64,000 bases of DNA from Paramecium tetraurelia (lineage: Eukaryota), in assembly GCA_000165425.1 (NCBI GenBank), contig CT868341.1, positions 372,001 to 436,000 of the forward strand. The letters are read 5' to 3'. Position 1 is the stretch's first letter. The number at the start of each line of letters is the position of its first letter. Under the pieces are notes generated by a model. The model saw only the letters and a list, made by a program, of their open reading frames with translations. It had not been told where the DNA came from and did no database searches. A program made the position numbers and the translations under genes. This document shows, piece by piece, positions 63,701 to 64,000 of this stretch.

Positions 63701-64000
63701 TTAATCATTTCTCATTTTGTCCTTTTCAGACTATTGCAATTGCATTTGAAGATCCCTCAATTTATTCTAAAGTTAACCATTTGCCTATTCCATTTCTACT
63801 ATGAATTACTAATTCTTATTCGCCTCATCTTCCAATAATTGTCTTTTCCTTGTAACTTATAATTCATTCTAAGCCAACTGCTATTTCAATAACTATATCT
63901 CATGAAGCAACGCCTCTCTTTCATCCATCCACTTTTATTAATCTCTCTGCAATTAATCCTTAATTTAGATATTTATTGTGTTTCTTTGTTCCGAAATCAT
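60797..64000 (-). CDS. Very long coiled-coil protein (myosin-tail-like composition), 5'-partial
   Basis: More than 1000 codons of E/Q/K/L/Y heptads under code 6, ending GDRRTVYQIK-TGA at 60797. Confidence 0.8.

Noticed and set aside
1..64000. Retained IESs, transposons, tRNA or rRNA genes
   Set aside because: No TA-bounded insertion was needed to restore any gene, and I saw no DDE or RT ORF, terminal inverted repeat or structured-RNA signature; short IESs or snoRNAs in spacers cannot be excluded by eye.

Overview
This is gene-dense, AT-rich ciliate macronuclear DNA, most likely Paramecium (probably P. tetraurelia or a close relative; inferred from genetic code, intron size and gene style). 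Coding regions only read through under genetic code 6 (TAA/TAG = Gln, TGA the only stop) and are split by tiny 20-31 nt GT..AG introns. The supplied standard-code ORF track is therefore fragmented and partly antisense shadow. By manual translation I find about 31 protein genes. Recognisable ones: a hybrid histidine kinase (5'-partial), NDUFA9, two Cys-rich mini-antigen-like surface proteins, PARG, an FKBP-TPR protein, a probable complex III QCR9-like subunit, a senescence/spartin-domain protein, an AIG1/GIMAP-like GTPase, FAM50/XAP5, a Cache-domain membrane protein, DNase II, a small HTH protein, a DegT aminotransferase, RPS29, a PGP-repeat protein, a large USP, two pseudokinases, a dual-specificity phosphatase, an OSCA/TMEM63-like channel, an ATP6AP2-like protein, a D-Ala-D-Ala carboxypeptidase, an IQ-MORN protein and several coiled-coil proteins. 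Three things stand out. (1) Several otherwise empty gaps hold ORF-like relics with in-frame TGAs in Gln-like contexts, about 11 of them in one frame at 27.2-28.3 kb. (2) The USP gene has two apparent +1 frameshifts. (3) Bacterial-type enzymes and sensors appear as ordinary ciliate genes, and intergenic spacers go down to 15-26 nt. I saw no rRNA, tRNA, CRISPR, telomeric repeat or intact transposon. All coordinates come from manual translation, and intron-containing models need transcript confirmation.
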